This document shows positions 54,005-56,257 of a DNA stretch of 56,257 bases, one piece after another. Source of the DNA: an uncultured Candidatus Saccharibacteria bacterium (GTDB taxonomy: Bacteria; Patescibacteriota; Minisyncoccia; Phycocordibacterales; UBA2135); assembly GCA_964348495.1 (NCBI GenBank), contig CAYGCZ010000004.1, positions 1 through 56,257 on the forward strand, given 5' to 3'. Each line of letters starts with the position of its first letter. The first letter of the stretch is position 1. The translations under genes and the position numbers were made by a program. The notes beneath the pieces were generated by a model. It saw only the letters and a program-made list of their open reading frames with translations, was not told the origin of the DNA and did no database searches.

Positions 54005-54736
54005 ATGATGTCCCCAAAAAAAATATACCTATGTATCTTCGGATCATTTTTTATAATGATTTTTGGAATATACCTGTATATCTATACCGTGGAATACGAT
54101 CTTTTCCCTCTCCACGAAACTGAGAGTAACGTGACAGTCGAGGATACACTCCCCTATAGTCCACCTGAAGAAACCTATCCAGAAAAATATCGCGGACAGA
54201 GTACCGTGATTGATAACAAATGGAGTCTCTACAAAAATGTAGGAATGGGTATTTCTTTCGAGTACCCTTCAATTGAAATCACCCCCCATGATTCGTTCCG
54301 ATATGAGTATGAATACACCTCATTTGACCGGAGTATTGAGGCGATTAAAAATACTGATAATTATACGAACAAAGGATTGATATATGTAACGACATTCAAC
54401 AAAGAGCATTCCGATGAATCATCGATTATGACTCTGGAAATGATGCCTGATCAAGTGATTACACTCGAAAACTGGTTAGCCTACCAAAAGAAAAAGTTTG
54501 GCGAATACTTCGGCAATCCCGACATTGAGAATATCACCCTGTCGGGAGAACCGGCGATCAAGCTTACCTACACGAAAGAAAATGAGGTGATGTCCATTGA
54601 TGCGCCTTACCGCACGCTTGTACGCATCATCGCCGTTCATGATCAAAAAGTGTTCAGTTTCAACATCTTCACCGATAAAATAACCGATCCTCAAGATGTC
54701 GAAAAAATCATACGAAGCGTGACGTTTTTGAAATAG
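54005..54736 (+). CDS. membrane-anchored extracellular protein, PsbP/DcrB-like
   Basis: N-terminal TM, WSLYKN..MGISFEYP, ITLSGEPA, EKIIRSVTF; start may be 53969. Confidence 0.72.
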   Translation: MMSPKKIYLCIFGSFFIMIFGIYLYIYTVEYDLFPLHETESNVTVEDTLPYSPPEETYPEKYRGQSTVIDNKWSLYKNVGMGISFEYPSIEITPHDSFRYEYEYTSFDRSIEAIKNTDNYTNKGLIYVTTFNKEHSDESSIMTLEMMPDQVITLENWLAYQKKKFGEYFGNPDIENITLSGEPAIKLTYTKENEVMSIDAPYRTLVRIIAVHDQKVFSFNIFTDKITDPQDVEKIIRSVTFLK

Positions 54737-54800
54737 ATATAAAGGCATCAAACGCATCGCCGCGAGTTTCAGGTTTTTGAGGTAGGTGCAAACAATACTC

Positions 54801-54876
54801 ATCGCAAACCTATTGAGGTTTAACCTCAATAATTATTGAAGTCGGACTTCAATAGTTTTTTCGGGCGCAAAAAAGC
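54801..54876 (+). repeat. 76-bp repeat A, copy 2
   Basis: Near-identical to 52583..52658. Confidence 0.88.
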
Positions 54877-54900
54877 CGGCGCTGTGCCGGCTTATTTTTT
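54869..54900. terminator. bidirectional terminator
   Basis: aaaaaagccggc-gctgt-gccggcttatttttt. Confidence 0.7.
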
Positions 54901-54908
54901 CTGCAAAC

Positions 54909-55112
54909 TTACAGATCGTAAGAACGCAGAATCTTGTCTGCATGAGTCGGAGTATGGGCCTTCTTCATCTTCAAATACTCCTCCTCTCCCTTATTAACCC
55001 TTTTTATGAACTCTCGCGCCTCCTCGAGAGTTGGCATCCTTTGCTCGTTCTTTGCCAACGCCTCCCGTATCTGGTCCAGCTTACTCTTTTTACCTTTCTC
55101 TTCTTCACACAT
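54909..55112 (-). CDS. small charged hypothetical protein
   Basis: GAGGAG RBS before MCEEEKGKK; 67 aa; terminator follows. Confidence 0.55.
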   Translation of the reverse strand: MCEEEKGKKSKLDQIREALAKNEQRMPTLEEAREFIKRVNKGEEEYLKMKKAHTPTHADKILRSYDL

Positions 55113-55372
55113 CTCTTTTCTCCTCAATTTCAATTTTTCAATTAAAGAAGGGTCTGTTACTAGATTGCACGGTACCATACTATAGTGAGTCACACAACAA
55201 ACCCGTCTCGCGGCGGGTCTTGTTTTTGTTCGTTGTTTGTCCGCCTCGCAGGGCGGATAATTTGGAGCTTGTGATTTGGAATCGTGGCGTTTCATCCGTC
55301 CGCCTCCTCTAAACCCTAATCACTAAGCCCTATACCCTTTCATTGTAGTCCCTCGGGGCTCTATTCATCACC

Positions 55373-55894
55373 TCAATCAACAATCTTAACGCGCGCAAGA
55401 ATCCATCCAATCTCCTCGGATGAAATTGAGTATGCGGGTATCTTGTTTACATGAATAGAATACAGCCTACCGTCATGAAGGATATAATAGGCATCGACAC
55501 CCTCACGCCCTGGAGCAAAAAGCGCTTCGGTTCCAGAAAAAGAGACTGTGCGCTCCCCCAAGGATGTATCAGGATTAAGTGATACCCTTTGAGTTTTTTC
55601 CACATCAATTGAAAGAAGCGGGTTGATCATTCCTTTGGCGAGACCTCCTTGAGAAACACTATCGGGTGTTACGGAATAATAGAGAGCGTCATGATCTGCA
55701 TCCATTCGCACATATTCATTCTTCTGCCATTCTGTCGGATAGGTAATCTCAAAATAATCATTGCGAAGAGTTGTCATCTCAACCCCCGCAAATATTTCTT
55801 CCGTGGTACTTTGATTTCTTACCATCAGAAAATATGACCCGATCACCATCACGAAAACACCAAGGAGAACTACGCTGATCGTTTTTTTGTTCAT
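55373..55894 (-). CDS. membrane-anchored extracellular protein, paralog of 52663..53205
   Basis: MNKKTIS anchor; shares EMTTLRNDYFEITYP; divergent C-terminal two-thirds. Confidence 0.75.
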   Translation of the reverse strand: MNKKTISVVLLGVFVMVIGSYFLMVRNQSTTEEIFAGVEMTTLRNDYFEITYPTEWQKNEYVRMDADHDALYYSVTPDSVSQGGLAKGMINPLLSIDVEKTQRVSLNPDTSLGERTVSFSGTEALFAPGREGVDAYYILHDGRLYSIHVNKIPAYSISSEEIGWILARVKIVD

Positions 55895-55945
55895 AAATAA
55901 TTTGTATAAAAAAGAGGAGGCAAGCCCCCTCTTGTTATTGTACAC
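55881..55945 (-). repeat. 65-bp repeat B, copy 2
   Basis: Identical to 53192..53256. Confidence 0.92.
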
Positions 55946-55950
55946 TAACC

Positions 55951-56193
55951 TTACGGTAGAAAATACATTTGTTTTATAAAGTACTCGTTTGGACCGGGGT
56001 TTGCGGTACATCCCTGCGATGGTTGTACTATCAAGTCCGAGATAATACCCGACCAATATGATAGGCCACCCATGTTGAGAGTATAAGTACCAGCCGATGA
56101 GTATGAGAAGTTTCCTCCATGCCATACATCATCAGGTCCACGGAACCAGATGGTCCCCGGATTTGCACTACACTTAAAGTCGATATTGAGCAC
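55951..56193 (-). pseudogene. probable C-terminal fragment of a secreted beta-rich protein
   Basis: Gly/Ser/Trp/Cys-rich 80-aa frame ending just before repeat B and beginning next to the 38-bp palindrome. Confidence 0.45.
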
Positions 56194-56202
56194 GAGATGC
56201 TT

Positions 56203-56240
56203 AAATAAACAACCCCGCGGCAGAGCCGACGGGGTATTGA
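56203..56240 (+). repeat. 38-bp palindromic repeat, IS200/IS605-end-like (copy 2)
   Basis: Identical to 47812..47849. Confidence 0.8.
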
Positions 56241-56257
56241 CCGGTGCATGAGCTAGA

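Noticed and set aside
53049..55783. Paralog repeat as a diversity-generating retroelement TR/VR pair
   Set aside because: One mismatch only, located mid-gene rather than at the C-terminus, and no reverse transcriptase in the window.
52583..55945. Repeats A and B as a CRISPR array or integron attC sites
   Set aside because: Only two copies each, kilobases apart, with no spacer periodicity, no cas or intI gene, and no clear RYYYAAC/GTTRRRY ends.
1..56257. Alternative genetic code (UGA recoding)
   Set aside because: Conserved genes are full-length under the standard code and several end in TGA with ATGA coupling.

Overview
A bacterial chromosomal window in the standard genetic code. Gene content (VirD4-like ATPase, lamin-tail/PKD surface protein, O-antigen ligase-TPR fusion, DUF4015, LemA-HtpX, few Shine-Dalgarno sites on core genes) suggests a Patescibacteria/Parcubacteria (CPR) genome; this is an inference. 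About 37 kb (3.8-40.9 kb) is a mosaic surface-glycan locus. It holds a priming sugar transferase, about ten GT2/GT4 enzymes, a flippase, a ligase, an AT-rich CapE/F/G (UDP-L-FucNAc) block, and GtrA/GtrB/GT-C-type components. It also holds an operon resembling actinomycete antibiotic deoxysugar pathways: RmlB, RmlA, an RmlD-like reductase, a C-methyltransferase, a half-size NDP-hexose 2,3-dehydratase and a Gfo/Idh/MocA ketoreductase. A striking non-genic pattern is integrase-free cargo placed between a gene's current 3' end and an orphaned, diverged second 3' end, seen at ychF and at an epimerase-GT4 fusion. A tRNA-Ser(GGA) is surrounded by a hairpin-interrupted 5' copy and by inverted and direct 3' copies. 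Other elements are two promoter-hairpin-terminator small-RNA candidates, three type II TA pairs plus Fic and NYN genes, three copies of an IS200/IS605-end-like palindrome, and a repeat-punctuated cassette region (52.6-56.2 kb) of membrane-anchored PsbP-like proteins with a frameshifted CHAP hydrolase. All family calls come from motif recognition by eye; no database searches were run.
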